In this document: piece by piece, positions 48,838 through 59,613 of the stretch | How positions within the stretch are numbered: the stretch's first letter is position 1 | Layout of the letters: each line of letters opens with the position of its first letter | Virus record (IMG/VR): IMGVR_UViG_3300030104_002782 | Location: 260 to 64,259 of that record | Source: a virus | Lineage: Duplodnaviria; Caudoviricetes | DNA length: 64,000 nt | Direction: 5' to 3' (one strand) | Made by a program: the position numbers and the translations under genes | Notes under the pieces: generated by a model | Told to the model about the DNA's origin: nothing | What the model saw: the letters and a program-made list of their open reading frames with translations, nothing else | The model's database searches: none

Positions 48838-49637
48838 CCGAACATTCCCCCTTCGTATTGACTCACGCGTGTTTTGTTACGCATCTTGGTTACTATATCG
48901 TCTGCCATTTTAGCCGCCTCTATCGTCTCCGATGAAGCCTTTTGATATAAGTCCTTCGCTCTTTTTAGGCATCCTGTGGTATTGTAACCCAAATCTTTCA
49001 GCATCTTAATTGCCTCTTTTACATGAGTATCTGCAAAGTCTTTACTCTCCATCGTATGTCCGTGTGAGGGTATGATGAGAACATTAGAACCCTCTCTCTC
49101 TACTGCGAACATAAAAGCGGGTAGCCATCCCCAGAGAGTCTGTAGACTCTCAAACTCCAAATCGTCTCTACCAATATCTTCACCCTTTACGCATATAGGT
49201 TTCTCAAAACCTTTACCTTCTCGCACATCAAATGCGTCAGATGTCATAACAGAGAATAATTCGCATCCTAAGTCATTTAGCATCCTAGCAACATCTCTAG
49301 CAGGGGGGTAGTTGAAAAGCCACGCATTCTTTTGTGCGCTCATATCCCTACTTATGTGTGCTGGCGTGAGGACTTCTACGATTATCGTATTCTTGTCCGG
49401 CCCGTAATAGATAGGCCAGCCTGTGAATCCTAGGGACATCAGTGTATGGGGGGAGGAGGCTATGTGCTTTGAGGACATGTAGCCTATAGGCTCTAGGTCG
49501 GTTACGAATGACGCACCCACTACTGCGGGTACATGGTCGCTACCTACTGCGTCAAACAGAATAGCATGTGTAATGCCCTTCGGTTTACCGTTCATCCAAA
49601 TAAAATCAGTCTCGTTAATGGTTATCACTTCGCCCAT
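48834..49637 (-). CDS. Possible PAC2-family proteasome-assembly-chaperone-like protein
   Basis: Pattern AVG..HV..VV...V..L..IGY.SS....P and P.YY resembles the PAC2/PbaB N-terminus. Confidence 0.4.
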   Translation of the reverse strand: MGEVITINETDFIWMNGKPKGITHAILFDAVGSDHVPAVVGASFVTDLEPIGYMSSKHIASSPHTLMSLGFTGWPIYYGPDKNTIIVEVLTPAHISRDMSAQKNAWLFNYPPARDVARMLNDLGCELFSVMTSDAFDVREGKGFEKPICVKGEDIGRDDLEFESLQTLWGWLPAFMFAVEREGSNVLIIPSHGHTMESKDFADTHVKEAIKMLKDLGYNTTGCLKRAKDLYQKASSETIEAAKMADDIVTKMRNKTRVSQYEGGMFG

Positions 49638-49659
49638 GTTATCACCAATCCCTCTACGA

Positions 49660-49670
49660 CCTTATCAATC
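49660..49670 (-). promoter_or_regulatory. Promoter motif GATTGATAAGG (also at 33358, 43699 and, as GTTTGATAAGG, at 50705)
   Basis: Each copy lies 21-22 nt upstream of an ATG. Confidence 0.7.
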
Positions 49671-49696
49671 CAATGTTTCTAAGCCGTAGAAATAAT

Positions 49697-49869
49697 TCAG
49701 AAAAAATAAAACGAGTGACTGTTAGCAAGTCAGCGTTATTCTTTCCAATTTCCTAAGATGTAGAAACTTATTTACTAATAATAGTAAAGCCGGTTTCTAA
49801 ATACTAACTCTTAGGAAAAAAGAAATAATAAATCGAAATGCCATGCAGTACAACGATTATTTATTTCTG
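49697..49869. other. Second AT-rich imperfect palindrome related to 6092-6266, candidate origin
   Basis: TCAGAAA.AAATAA...CTG and GCAGTA...CG...TTATTTCT arms; inner TTCCTAAGA/TCTTAGGAA and TAGAAAC/GTTTCTA repeats. Confidence 0.55.
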
Positions 49870-49878
49870 TATTCTTTT

Positions 49879-50682
49879 TCAGACTTCCAAATAATTAATT
49901 TGTGAAAATCTATCGGCCTCTATATCGTCGCGCTCGCGTGATAACATTCCAATCGCATTTTGATTATCACCCTCCAAGCGAGGATATTCAATTTCATTTA
50001 CGCAACGCGCCATCTCTGGGAGATTGTTGTTTAGGAAAAAGGTAGTATTATCTCCACTCCAATAATTCTTGCGACAGAGACGGACATCCTTTCCGGTGGG
50101 ATTGTATACGATGGATGTAATTAACAAGCCTTCTTGATACTCTCGCACCAATACTAACTGCGGATAAGAGCCGTAGATGTAGGTAGGGACATAATGCAGA
50201 CCGTGTGTATCTCTGTACGGTGTGTCAATTTTTACAATAAAATCAAGTCTCTGATATTTATCAGAGACTTGCGTTGTTGATGACGCGACCCTAAAGTCTT
50301 TTGCGATATAGCAATCTTCTATCACGCGTATGTCGTTAGGTACTCTCATACGCTTGCTTTCGTATTGCATAATTAGCATGTCAATCTCCGATTCCTCTAT
50401 CAAATCAACCAACTCTCTTGCGAATATGACATCTTCAATATCCCCTTTCATAGCCGCATTCACCATACTGCGATACATATCTGGCTGTATCGTGTCTAGG
50501 AACGACCATACGGAGTCGTAGCCGTCTATGACTACATCATGTTGTCCGACTTTCAGATGTATGAAGGGTTCAAATGTTCTGCGTCTAGCCGCAGAGTTTC
50601 TACGCCAGCATTGAAAATCAATAACTTGAATGTCGGTCAAAGGTGTAATCAGCCACTCTCCGAGGAGTCTTAGTGTTTCCAT
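49879..50682 (-). CDS. Hypothetical protein
   Basis: 267-aa ORF with its own promoter motif. Confidence 0.7.
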   Translation of the reverse strand: METLRLLGEWLITPLTDIQVIDFQCWRRNSAARRRTFEPFIHLKVGQHDVVIDGYDSVWSFLDTIQPDMYRSMVNAAMKGDIEDVIFARELVDLIEESEIDMLIMQYESKRMRVPNDIRVIEDCYIAKDFRVASSTTQVSDKYQRLDFIVKIDTPYRDTHGLHYVPTYIYGSYPQLVLVREYQEGLLITSIVYNPTGKDVRLCRKNYWSGDNTTFFLNNNLPEMARCVNEIEYPRLEGDNQNAIGMLSRERDDIEADRFSQINYLEV

Positions 50683-50834
50683 ATTGCGAGATAAGGTCGC
50701 ATGACCTTATCAAACCTCGCCTCGTACATGTTTAATGTAGCACTTGATACAGAGCATCTGCTCTTTACCCAATGATGTGTATAGAGGCTGGGCCTCTATA
50801 TCGTCTATCTCTACACCGCATCTATCGCAAGTAA

Positions 50835-51041
50835 TCATTCAATCACCTCAATGTTTTTTATTTCCCAATTGAAAATGTCATAATCTTCTGCATTACACAA
50901 GTTACGCAGGTTGTCTAATTTCTTCTGTAAGTCCTTGACTTCTGCGAGCAGTAGCAAAACTTTATCGGCCATTTCACTATGGGTGAATAGGTCTCTCAAA
51001 TCGCAATTCGTATATCCTTCGTATCTGTCTGTGTCAATCAT
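50835..51041 (-). CDS. Small hypothetical protein
   Basis: GGAGG RBS; coupled ORF. Confidence 0.55.
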   Translation of the reverse strand: MIDTDRYEGYTNCDLRDLFTHSEMADKVLLLLAEVKDLQKKLDNLRNLCNAEDYDIFNWEIKNIEVIE

Positions 51042-51155
51042 TCTTCTTCGCCTCCTCTAACTCCTGTAATGCCTTCGCCAATTCATTTTCAAGTCGCCAT
51101 ATTTCATTTTCAAGTTGCCAAACCTTCGTTTGATATGCCAAAAGATGCTTACCTT

Positions 51156-51665
51156 TCATTCAATCACCTCTACGCCTCGCCACCAACTAGGGGTTTTTCT
51201 CGGCCCTACCCATTTAGCAAATGTCTTGGTGTGATAGTATTCTCGGTATGCTTTTACCGCATCTTCGTCTTTGTACTCCTCTGGCATAGCCTGTGCGAAT
51301 GGCGTTCTATCACCCTCTGGCAAGTATTCGTCAGCCATACTAGCCATATGAGTAAGGGGCCATAGGCAAGCATGTTTGTGACCGTAGCGATAATCAAATT
51401 GCTGGGCTAGGGTAAAAGCATGTCTAGCAAGCCATAAGAAGTTAGCCTTATTTTCTTGAGTCCAACGAGTACAGGGGTGATGGGGGTAGCCGCCCTTGTA
51501 TGGCGTACCATGAAGGGTCAAAGGCATATCTTTGTCGGTTGCACCGTGAAATCGCAAAGCAGATGCCATCATCTGCGCTGACTCTACAATCATCTTAGGG
51601 AGATGCTTGTCGCACACCATTTTAGCCGCTTCGATAGGACAGTCGGATAATGCGAATATATTCAT
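51156..51665 (-). CDS. Pyrimidine-dimer DNA glycosylase/endonuclease V-like protein
   Basis: MNIF......A...CDKH..KM..E..QM, HPC..W, QAMP, AYR.YY. Confidence 0.8.
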   Translation of the reverse strand: MNIFALSDCPIEAAKMVCDKHLPKMIVESAQMMASALRFHGATDKDMPLTLHGTPYKGGYPHHPCTRWTQENKANFLWLARHAFTLAQQFDYRYGHKHACLWPLTHMASMADEYLPEGDRTPFAQAMPEEYKDEDAVKAYREYYHTKTFAKWVGPRKTPSWWRGVEVIE

Positions 51666-52712
51666 TGTGCATCCCTCCATATCCTCTCTAGCACAGATAC
51701 CCAAGCATCCATAAGATACTCATGTTCGGGGTGCGATTCTAAGAATGACTTCATCTCTGCTATAACATAATTTAGATGTCTAACTCCTTGCTTCATAGTG
51801 CATCCCTCGCTAGACCTTGCATTATTTCTTCTATGTCGGAGTTGTCGCCCCATAATTTAACATGGTACTCCGCCATCCATCTTAATGTTGCTTTACAAGC
51901 ACCTTCTCGCAAAGCATCTAAGAACATGGGCCAATTGTATACGGGCTGACCGTAGCCTGTCATGTGCATGATAGTCCAACCGCAAGCCCAACTAGGAATA
52001 TGTACCATCAAGCATCCCTCCTTCTGAACATATGTCCTATTCTTGCAGGTATAACGACTGTTGCATTACATACATCACAACATCTGCCATCATTTACAGG
52101 CTGGGCGTTATTACCGCTATCCCAATACATTTTACCATTATGGTACTTCTTTTCAATCTCTATTTTGCATATGCTACATTTCATACTAAATCCTCCGTTG
52201 CTCTTGCTATTGTTTGTAATTCTGCCTCGATTTCTGCGAGTGTGCTTTCCCAATCATAACCAAAACCGCTATGTGGTGCGCCTATGTCATGTGGTAAACT
52301 CGCCTCCGCCATTTCAATAGCGTCAATCGCAGCCTCCACATACGATTTAGCCTCTTCTAATTCATCTACTCTACAGAGTAATTCCTCTATCTCTTCTTTC
52401 AAATTGCTCATTTTTATGCCTCCATTTGTGTTCTATAATAGGGGTCTCTCCTACTTAGACCCTCCCTTTCAATTTCTTAGTTTCGATTAGTAATTTATCG
52501 GTTGTCAATTTGCGAGTTTCTAATACCTTTTCCACCCATTCGCGTTCTTCGATACCGCACTCCTTCGGAGTCTTACCTTCGATGCGTACACATGGGGTGG
52601 AAACACGCAACATCTTTTCCGCTAATCTGCATTCAGCACACCCGCCTGTTTTACCGTCATATGCTAGTGGGATTCCGTCAGAAGGCGAGCCGCATATACC
52701 ACATTTACCCAT
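51662..52712 (-). CDS. Cluster of about five small coupled ORFs, including two zinc fingers (52008, 52455) and an acidic coiled coil (52181)
   Basis: Overlapping start/stop codons with GGAGG/GAGGG RBSs. Confidence 0.5.
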
Positions 52713-53243
52713 TCACTCTTCCTCCCCGTAGTTTGCGATTCGGTATCTGCTAGGGAGAAAATCTCCTGTTTCCAAGTCTAGACCTACTTCGTCTGCCTTC
52801 CTTTTCATCAATTCTTCGGCAATATGCCTCATATCTTCTGGGATTGTTCTTTCGACTATCCAATCAAAGTCTACCCACTGTAGACTACTTGTATCTTCGG
52901 GTAGTGCTACCTGTATAATCGCTGGGCCTACTAGTGGTCTCTCATACTGTATTCCTTCGGCATAAGCGGCAAATGTTGATACTGCGTTAGGGGTCATTCT
53001 TCGCAAAAGACCCTCTTCGTTCACTATTACATCCTTTACTTTGCAGAGACCTGCTTTGAGTCCCTTCTCATCATGCCCTAGACCGCTTGCAGGTACAGGA
53101 AAACCTTCGGTATTTCGTACTACTGCATATTCTATCAACCCACCTACATGTTCTTGCATTTCCTCTAGGGAAAGGTCGTCTAGGCTTATTCTCGTTATCG
53201 CGCCGTTTTCTGCGATAAAAATACTTAGTGTTCTTTCTTTCAT
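52713..53243 (-). CDS. DUF3846-like protein
   Basis: LEEMQEHVGGLIE, IVNEEGL, PN..S, LVG. Confidence 0.7.
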   Translation of the reverse strand: MKERTLSIFIAENGAITRISLDDLSLEEMQEHVGGLIEYAVVRNTEGFPVPASGLGHDEKGLKAGLCKVKDVIVNEEGLLRRMTPNAVSTFAAYAEGIQYERPLVGPAIIQVALPEDTSSLQWVDFDWIVERTIPEDMRHIAEELMKRKADEVGLDLETGDFLPSRYRIANYGEEE

Positions 53244-53444
53244 CTAATCATCTCCTTATCTCTTCTTATGTTACTCTCGATTTCTAGCAAGGCAGAATCT
53301 AAGAGATTCCTCCATGTCCTTAATCGTGAGAGTGTGTTTTCTGTCTGCTCTGGCACAATCAGAGTGTATGCGTGTGCCATGTGTTCAAGCATAGTCGCTG
53401 CTTCTAGCAGCGTTTTGACTGTGAATGTATGGGTATACAAGGTA

Positions 53445-54125
53445 TCACGCCCACATTCCCGATGAGAACGGGTCGTCGTCGTTCTCATCACTGTCGGGGT
53501 CAATATCTTCTGCGACTTTTCTACCCATATTAAACGCCTTCTTTCTGATAGCGGCTCTGACATCATCTTCGTCATGGGATTCAATCGAGTCTACGGATTC
53601 CTCGCAAGGCAACCTGCTAGTCACACTCTGTATGTATTTCTGCAAGTACACATCATCAGTTACAGGTATTGCTGCTGCTTCTGATGCTTTGTCATAGACA
53701 AAGTTTGGCACACATGCTTCTAAGGTCTTTAGGAAAGTCTCCCATAGATGTGAATACCTACGGTATCTGCGTATCTTGCTAGACTCACTGTCAATGTTGG
53801 GTATTATCCTAGCCGGACAAGCCTCTGGGGTTGGTGCTATACCTGTCACTAGTCTAGTGACAAGCAGACTTTCGCAATAGTTAATCACTTCTTGTGCATC
53901 TACTTTACCATCCTTTAGGATGCTCTTAGCCTTTTCGTGACATGCCTGTAACTCCTCTAGGCTTATGTCGTCTGCTATTACCTCATCAAACGCAGACTCA
54001 CCGTTGCTTCTGTAGAAGCCCCTGTCTGCGTCTATTACAAGACCATTCTCTACTACTACTGCGTAGTAAAAACTAGCCGCGTCGCTCTCGTTCTGTATCA
54101 ATTCTGTTCCAATCATGTTTTCCAC
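53445..54125 (-). CDS. Acidic hypothetical protein
   Basis: GGAG RBS; 226-aa ORF. Confidence 0.6.
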   Translation of the reverse strand: MENMIGTELIQNESDAASFYYAVVVENGLVIDADRGFYRSNGESAFDEVIADDISLEELQACHEKAKSILKDGKVDAQEVINYCESLLVTRLVTGIAPTPEACPARIIPNIDSESSKIRRYRRYSHLWETFLKTLEACVPNFVYDKASEAAAIPVTDDVYLQKYIQSVTSRLPCEESVDSIESHDEDDVRAAIRKKAFNMGRKVAEDIDPDSDENDDDPFSSGMWA

Positions 54126-54155
54126 TCCTGTTTCAGCCTCTTATAGGGGGCCAGC

Positions 54156-54698
54156 CTATTTATGCTTATCCCCCATCGGGCCAGCCTTTAGTTTGCTTTT
54201 TGCTTTAGCAAAATCTACTTGCTTAATTGCACCTACGGACACATAGTCCTTGAGTGCGTCTATGTCTACAGTCCATCTGAACCTTGACCTATGATTATGA
54301 ATAGCAAAGACAAAATCTTCGTACATCATTTGGGTATCATCATCCCAAGCATTGATGTCCTTCATGTGCGCTCTCACTACATCTGCACCGCCTACTTTGA
54401 GTGTGCGACCTAGATGTTTAGCCATGTGGCATCTAGGACATAGTGCTTGCACACCTAGGAGAACCTGTCTGTTAGCAATATCATCGTAAGCCCAAATCTC
54501 ATGGGCTTCAACGGCATGTTTGCGATTTTGCGTAAATCCATCTTGGCCGCAGACCTCGCACTTATGACCTGCCTGTTCGTAGACAAACTTGCGAAGTCTA
54601 TTCCAACCCGAAGGGGGCATGAGACTACGCAGGTTTGCACCCCATGTTCCTGTAGGAACCAACTCGCATATCAGAGGAATGCCTCTCACTTGCGCCAC
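54156..54698 (-). CDS. HNH-type endonuclease
   Basis: ELVP..W..NLRS, CEVCG, EAHE.W, LCPRCH..KH.G. Confidence 0.75.
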   Translation of the reverse strand: MAQVRGIPLICELVPTGTWGANLRSLMPPSGWNRLRKFVYEQAGHKCEVCGQDGFTQNRKHAVEAHEIWAYDDIANRQVLLGVQALCPRCHMAKHLGRTLKVGGADVVRAHMKDINAWDDDTQMMYEDFVFAIHNHRSRFRWTVDIDALKDYVSVGAIKQVDFAKAKSKLKAGPMGDKHK

Positions 54699-54747
54699 CT
54701 TTTGAATATATTCCTAAGTGAAGGCCATTCGGCCCACATGTCGAATA

Positions 54748-55239
54748 TCATAGCAAATCCTCCAAAGCATCTGCTACCTGTCGCTTCACATCTGCCATGT
54801 CTACTTTCTCTGCGCTACCACTCTTTTGATTGTGTGGTGGCTTTAGTGTGCGGGGAGAACGCTTAGGCATGACCTTGCTCACAATGCGCTTGATTAGTGT
54901 AGGTCGCTTCAAACTGCTACGGGTTGTCTCCTCTGTAGTCATAACTACAGGGACATGACATTCTGGGTTGGGGCCGCAAACAAATGTTCCGTTGCCTTTA
55001 GCAACAAAATCTTCTCCACACTTGAAGCATTGTGCATCTCTGTGTGCTACTCTGTTGTTCTTTACGACTATGTCGGAAGTCCCACCATCCGGTCTGCGAC
55101 AAATCATATTGTGACCTGTCTGACCTTCGATTAGATTTACTTTCAGTAAAGTGTAACCGGACTTGGCTCTAAACTCCAAGTCTCTCTGTTGTGCTAGTAT
55201 AGCATTTACCTGCTTGTCGAATGCCGCATCTGAAATCAT
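54748..55239 (-). CDS. Zinc-ribbon-containing hypothetical protein
   Basis: CFKC and C....C. Confidence 0.55.
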   Translation of the reverse strand: MISDAAFDKQVNAILAQQRDLEFRAKSGYTLLKVNLIEGQTGHNMICRRPDGGTSDIVVKNNRVAHRDAQCFKCGEDFVAKGNGTFVCGPNPECHVPVVMTTEETTRSSLKRPTLIKRIVSKVMPKRSPRTLKPPHNQKSGSAEKVDMADVKRQVADALEDLL

Positions 55240-57752
55240 GGGTATGCCTCCTGTAGATGTGCGACTCCTTCTTTAATCGTCTCGATGGTCTTATCTAGCA
55301 TTTTCAGAGCCTCTACGCTTTTACCAATCGCAAGTTGCGTTCTAGTAATCTCTAAGACATCTATGATGTCCTCTAGTACACTTACTTGCATAGCGACCAT
55401 GTTGTCTAGCATTTCTTTCACTTCATCCATTATTTTTTCTTCGTTCATTTTCATTCCTCCTCTTCACAATAACATGCGCTCATAAATAGCCCATTTAGGT
55501 GTGAGTAATCTCCGGTGAAACACTCACAAGTGTTACACCAATTACCTTCGGTCTCCAATTCGTCAAGCCATTCTGCTAGTCCCATCTCATACATGAGTGG
55601 GTCTACGGCCTTGAAAACTACCGAAGGAGACCTTGCTACGCCAAAGATATTAATATCTTGGTAGCAACCGTCTAGCAAATCATCGTAAGCCTCGTATACT
55701 GCGTAACTGTAACTCATACATTCAACTCCTTGTCGTCATCGTCATTATGAAATGGGTTTAGAAGTCTAAGGACTTCTTTTTGAGTTTTCACTTTCTTTAG
55801 TTGGTCTGCGATTATACTGTGTATAATACTTAGCGTAGTCATCCTGTTAGGCTCGTCTACAAAGTCTAGCATCACATCTCCGTTCTCAAGTATGTCGCAC
55901 ATACTTTTCAAAATCTGTTCATATTGTTCAATTGGCATATTCATCATTCCTCTTCTGTTCGGTTCTTGTCCTCTATAGGGGGGCCGCCACTACTTGAAGT
56001 TTTTCGTTTGACCCAGACCATCTCGCCTGTGTCTCGCATCTGTATAGCGTCTACCGTATGTTGGAGTGTCATATGCAGACCTATGCGACCATCATGTCGC
56101 ACCATCTGTCTGTGTAGGACAGGAACCCATGTCCCGTCTCGCGTCTCTAGCATATCAAACACAATCATGCGAACCTCTCCATAGCCCAAGAGACCCCGAA
56201 GGGGGCTACTAACATCATTAATATGCTAAAGTATAGAATTGTTAAAAAGGTCATTTGCGAATCACTCCAAAGGATGTGCAATATCTTTGTCTCCGAGAAC
56301 CCATCGCAGAGATTTTACAACGCCCTGTAGGGCTTTGTAATTTCTCATATGGTGCATACGCTCGGCCTTCTTGCATGTCTGTAGAGCAAGCAAGTGTCTG
56401 TTCTGCTTGCGCTCTGCTCTATCGAGCATAGTCTCTATGTCAGACCAACTTCTCTCATAAGAGAAGTGTTCAGAATCTTGATGGTCGTTCATTCTATACC
56501 CTCTCCTAGTGCGCCTAGTATGTCATCATGTAGAGCCATGAAATTGTCGTACAATTTCTGACCTGTGCCTTTGATGCCGAAGTATTTCTTGACATCTGTG
56601 ACTTTCCAATGCCTGTGGGGTTTTATCGGTCTTGGGCCGGTGCAATACAAGGACAGGTCTCTCTTTGAGACTATTAGGTTCCAAATGGCTCTCCCCATAG
56701 GGGAACCATTGACGGTCATAACTTCGCCACCGTTTGCGATTATTTCTGCTTCTTGCCTCAATTCCTCCATGAATGGAGAATCCATACTGTAACTCATTCT
56801 AAATCAACTCCTCTTTGTCTACTACGATACCACGCAGGGTACTAGGAAATGGTCTGCGAATGAATTGCCACAATTCATGCCACTCGCCATCCCATGCGTC
56901 TCTCTGGTGTAGCACTTCACCTGTGTCTCCGTGTGTGACTGTAAGACAACCTTCGGTTAAATCAATTCGCAAAACTGCTGAACCTTTTTCCTTCATATTA
57001 TCTCCTCCTTTCAATTATATTGACTACTTCGACAGAAGTAAGCCACCCTTCGGGGTCGTTAGACCAATCAACGGGAGGCGTAATGCACATGACTTCTAAC
57101 AAGCCTTGCGGAGAGCCGTAGCCATTGGCAACAACTGAAAACTGTTCGCCATCATCCCTCTCTACATGTATCTGCATAGGGGAGAGCCTATGCACATATG
57201 AGACGCATTTGGATTGTTTCAGCATAGATATAGCCTCTTTGAGATGGTTTTTCTTCATCATTCATCACCTCCGGTGATTAGGTCGCCCAATTCCTTTGCG
57301 ACAAGTTTCTGAACCTCTGCTATTGACAAAGGCTTAGTGCCTTTGCTAGACCTGCTATTGTATGAGCGAGGCTTGAGTGAAGGTAGACCTATAGGTCTAG
57401 ATGCCGTAGTCCTGTTTCGCCTAAGTAATCTGCTAGGTCTCCTATCTGCTATGTATGCTCTAGGTCTAGGAGTGTAGCCGTTCTTGCTACGCTTGTGAGC
57501 ATTGATTTTATCCCATAGTTTGTCGTTCTCCTCCTCATCATAATGAGGAACCCATGCAAGGGAAACTGTGCCAAATGGTACTTTCTTCATGTGTATACAT
57601 CTCTCTAGGTGGTCTCTGTAGACGGCCACCTTTGTATATCCCTGTGCATTGAATCGCACCTTGGCTATGCCAAGGTATTCAAATCTCTCTTTGTCGTCGT
57701 AGTCGTATTTTTCTTTCATTGTTTCACTTCCTTCATCGGTCATGTTTCTCAT
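55236..57752 (-). CDS. Run of about nine small accessory ORFs of unknown function
   Basis: Consecutive minus-strand ORFs, mostly with ATGA overlaps and GGAG RBSs. Confidence 0.55.
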
Positions 57753-57776
57753 CTCCTATAGGGGGGCTTCCTGTAT

Positions 57777-58583
57777 TTAATTCAATCGTATTGTTTGAGG
57801 GCTAGAATCTTCTTTGATTTTTGAATCAAAGTATTGCGCCCATGATTCCGTTTTCTCCATCTCTGCGTATTCATCATCCATGCGCTTCTCCGCACAGCGC
57901 ATCCTCACGGTCTGCCACATAAGGGCAGGTAGGTCAATCGTGACAAGTCTCCACGATTTTTTCCTGTTCGACCTAAACAACCATGCTTCTTTTCTCTCTT
58001 CCTCTGGAAGAGTTGCGATTAGGGAATCGTAGAAATCTTTGTTGAGTGGGTCTTTCTGAATAGTTTTACTTATGTAAGAATCTGGGAAATACTTTTGCGT
58101 ATGGTCTATGAGCAAGTGCATGAAGTCGTTGAGGAAATCAATACAGGTATCAGAATCCCAGCCGAAGCCCGCCCTCCTTCTTATGTGATTTGATGATTGT
58201 TGCATTCGTGCTAAATCGCAGTAGTGCGTCTTGAGCGCAGGGCTTTCTTGCATCATAAACAGACATTGAAATCTTGTGTCCTCTAAGATACATCTTAGAG
58301 AATCGAAAGCATCATGGAACATTTCAGTAGTCCATCCTTTACTATAGTAAGTCTCCTTCATGTATTCGTAGGCCATACCTACAACTCTGATGTCAAAGCC
58401 GAGATTTACAAGATTAGCAATCATGCGTGTATTCCTTGTATCATATACAGGCATGAGTAAATCGTGATAATTATCCCATTCATCCGGATGGTGGAAATAG
58501 CCCTTCCATCCTAGGCGAGTCCACTCACAGGAACCTTTGCCTTCGTAGCCCATAGTGCGACATTTTTCACATTCTCTTGTCAT
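57777..58583 (-). CDS. Hypothetical protein
   Basis: 268-aa ORF with GAGGTG RBS. Confidence 0.65.
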   Translation of the reverse strand: MTRECEKCRTMGYEGKGSCEWTRLGWKGYFHHPDEWDNYHDLLMPVYDTRNTRMIANLVNLGFDIRVVGMAYEYMKETYYSKGWTTEMFHDAFDSLRCILEDTRFQCLFMMQESPALKTHYCDLARMQQSSNHIRRRAGFGWDSDTCIDFLNDFMHLLIDHTQKYFPDSYISKTIQKDPLNKDFYDSLIATLPEEERKEAWLFRSNRKKSWRLVTIDLPALMWQTVRMRCAEKRMDDEYAEMEKTESWAQYFDSKIKEDSSPQTIRLN

Positions 58584-58749
58584 TCATAGCACCTCTTTCA
58601 AATTATTCGGATTATTTTCTGAAACCCTCGGATTATTTTCAGAATAACTCAATTCCTCCCATTATGTATGCGACTGCGAGTATAGGTGATACGGGTAGCA
58701 TGACTATGAGCATAGGGCCGAAAGCCCATGTAGGTACTCGGACTCTCAC

Positions 58750-59462
58750 TCATACCACCTCATCATTCGCAAAGACTTCAAGCATGTGTCTGAAGGTTTC
58801 CGTAGGAAACATGTTTGCGATTCTTCTACCTTCGGTAGTCAAAAATTGGTCTATGCTCATGTAGGTCTCCTCTAGAGGAGTGCCGATTAGGTCAAGAATG
58901 AAATTAAACGCATCCTTCGGAGGAGTTGTGTATTCCTGTCGGAAGGTTTCTACGAAACCGACGACATCGTGAGGATGCTGATTTAGGATTCTAACCATAC
59001 CCTCTTCTGTGAAGAGATGGTCGAGTTTATCCATCCATGCTTGCTCTTGTCTACGACTAGGGTCGTATCTGCCGCCTCCATGTCCCATGTTACTCATGCC
59101 TCCACCCCCATAGGTGTCATGCTAGGAATCGTGATTTCCAATTGCGATTCGTCTAATTCCCAATGCTCAAGGTACGCTTGACCTGCTCGGTTAAGTGCCA
59201 TGATGCAAGCCCTTGTATCATCAGCACATAGTAGACCATCGTCATGTATCTCGCAACTACCCATCCACCAGACCTGTAAGGTCTCGATGAAGTCACTGAA
59301 AGGTACTTTCAGTCTAAGACCGTTTCCTAGGAAACCGACATCATGGGCCATTTGCGAATAAGTAGTTGCTAAAGCAACTGCTTGTTCTGTTCGTGCTATC
59401 ATTTCTGCTAAATCTTCGATTTTCATTTCTGCTTTACATATGTGTTCGTCTGTCATGTTCAC
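58750..59462 (-). CDS. Two coupled hypothetical proteins (58750..59097 and 59094..59462)
   Basis: ATGA overlap and GGAGG RBS. Confidence 0.55.
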
Positions 59463-59613
59463 TCATCCTCCTGTATAGAATCCAAAGAATCCAAAATCAT
59501 TTGGAAAAGGTATTCGTCATCCACAAATCTATTTCTGAAATCGCCCAAAGAGCGACCTGTCTTTTCTTCCCACTCATTGACTATAGTCAATTTCCATTCG
59601 TGATATTTCATGT

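Noticed and set aside
51082-51120. Tandem TTCATTTTCAAGT repeat with a 21-nt period
   Set aside because: Explained by a heptad duplication (WQLENEI/WRLENEL) in a small minus-strand ORF.
58607-58640. TCGGATTATTTTC direct repeat, two copies
   Set aside because: Possibly an operator, but two copies with no other support are too weak to call.
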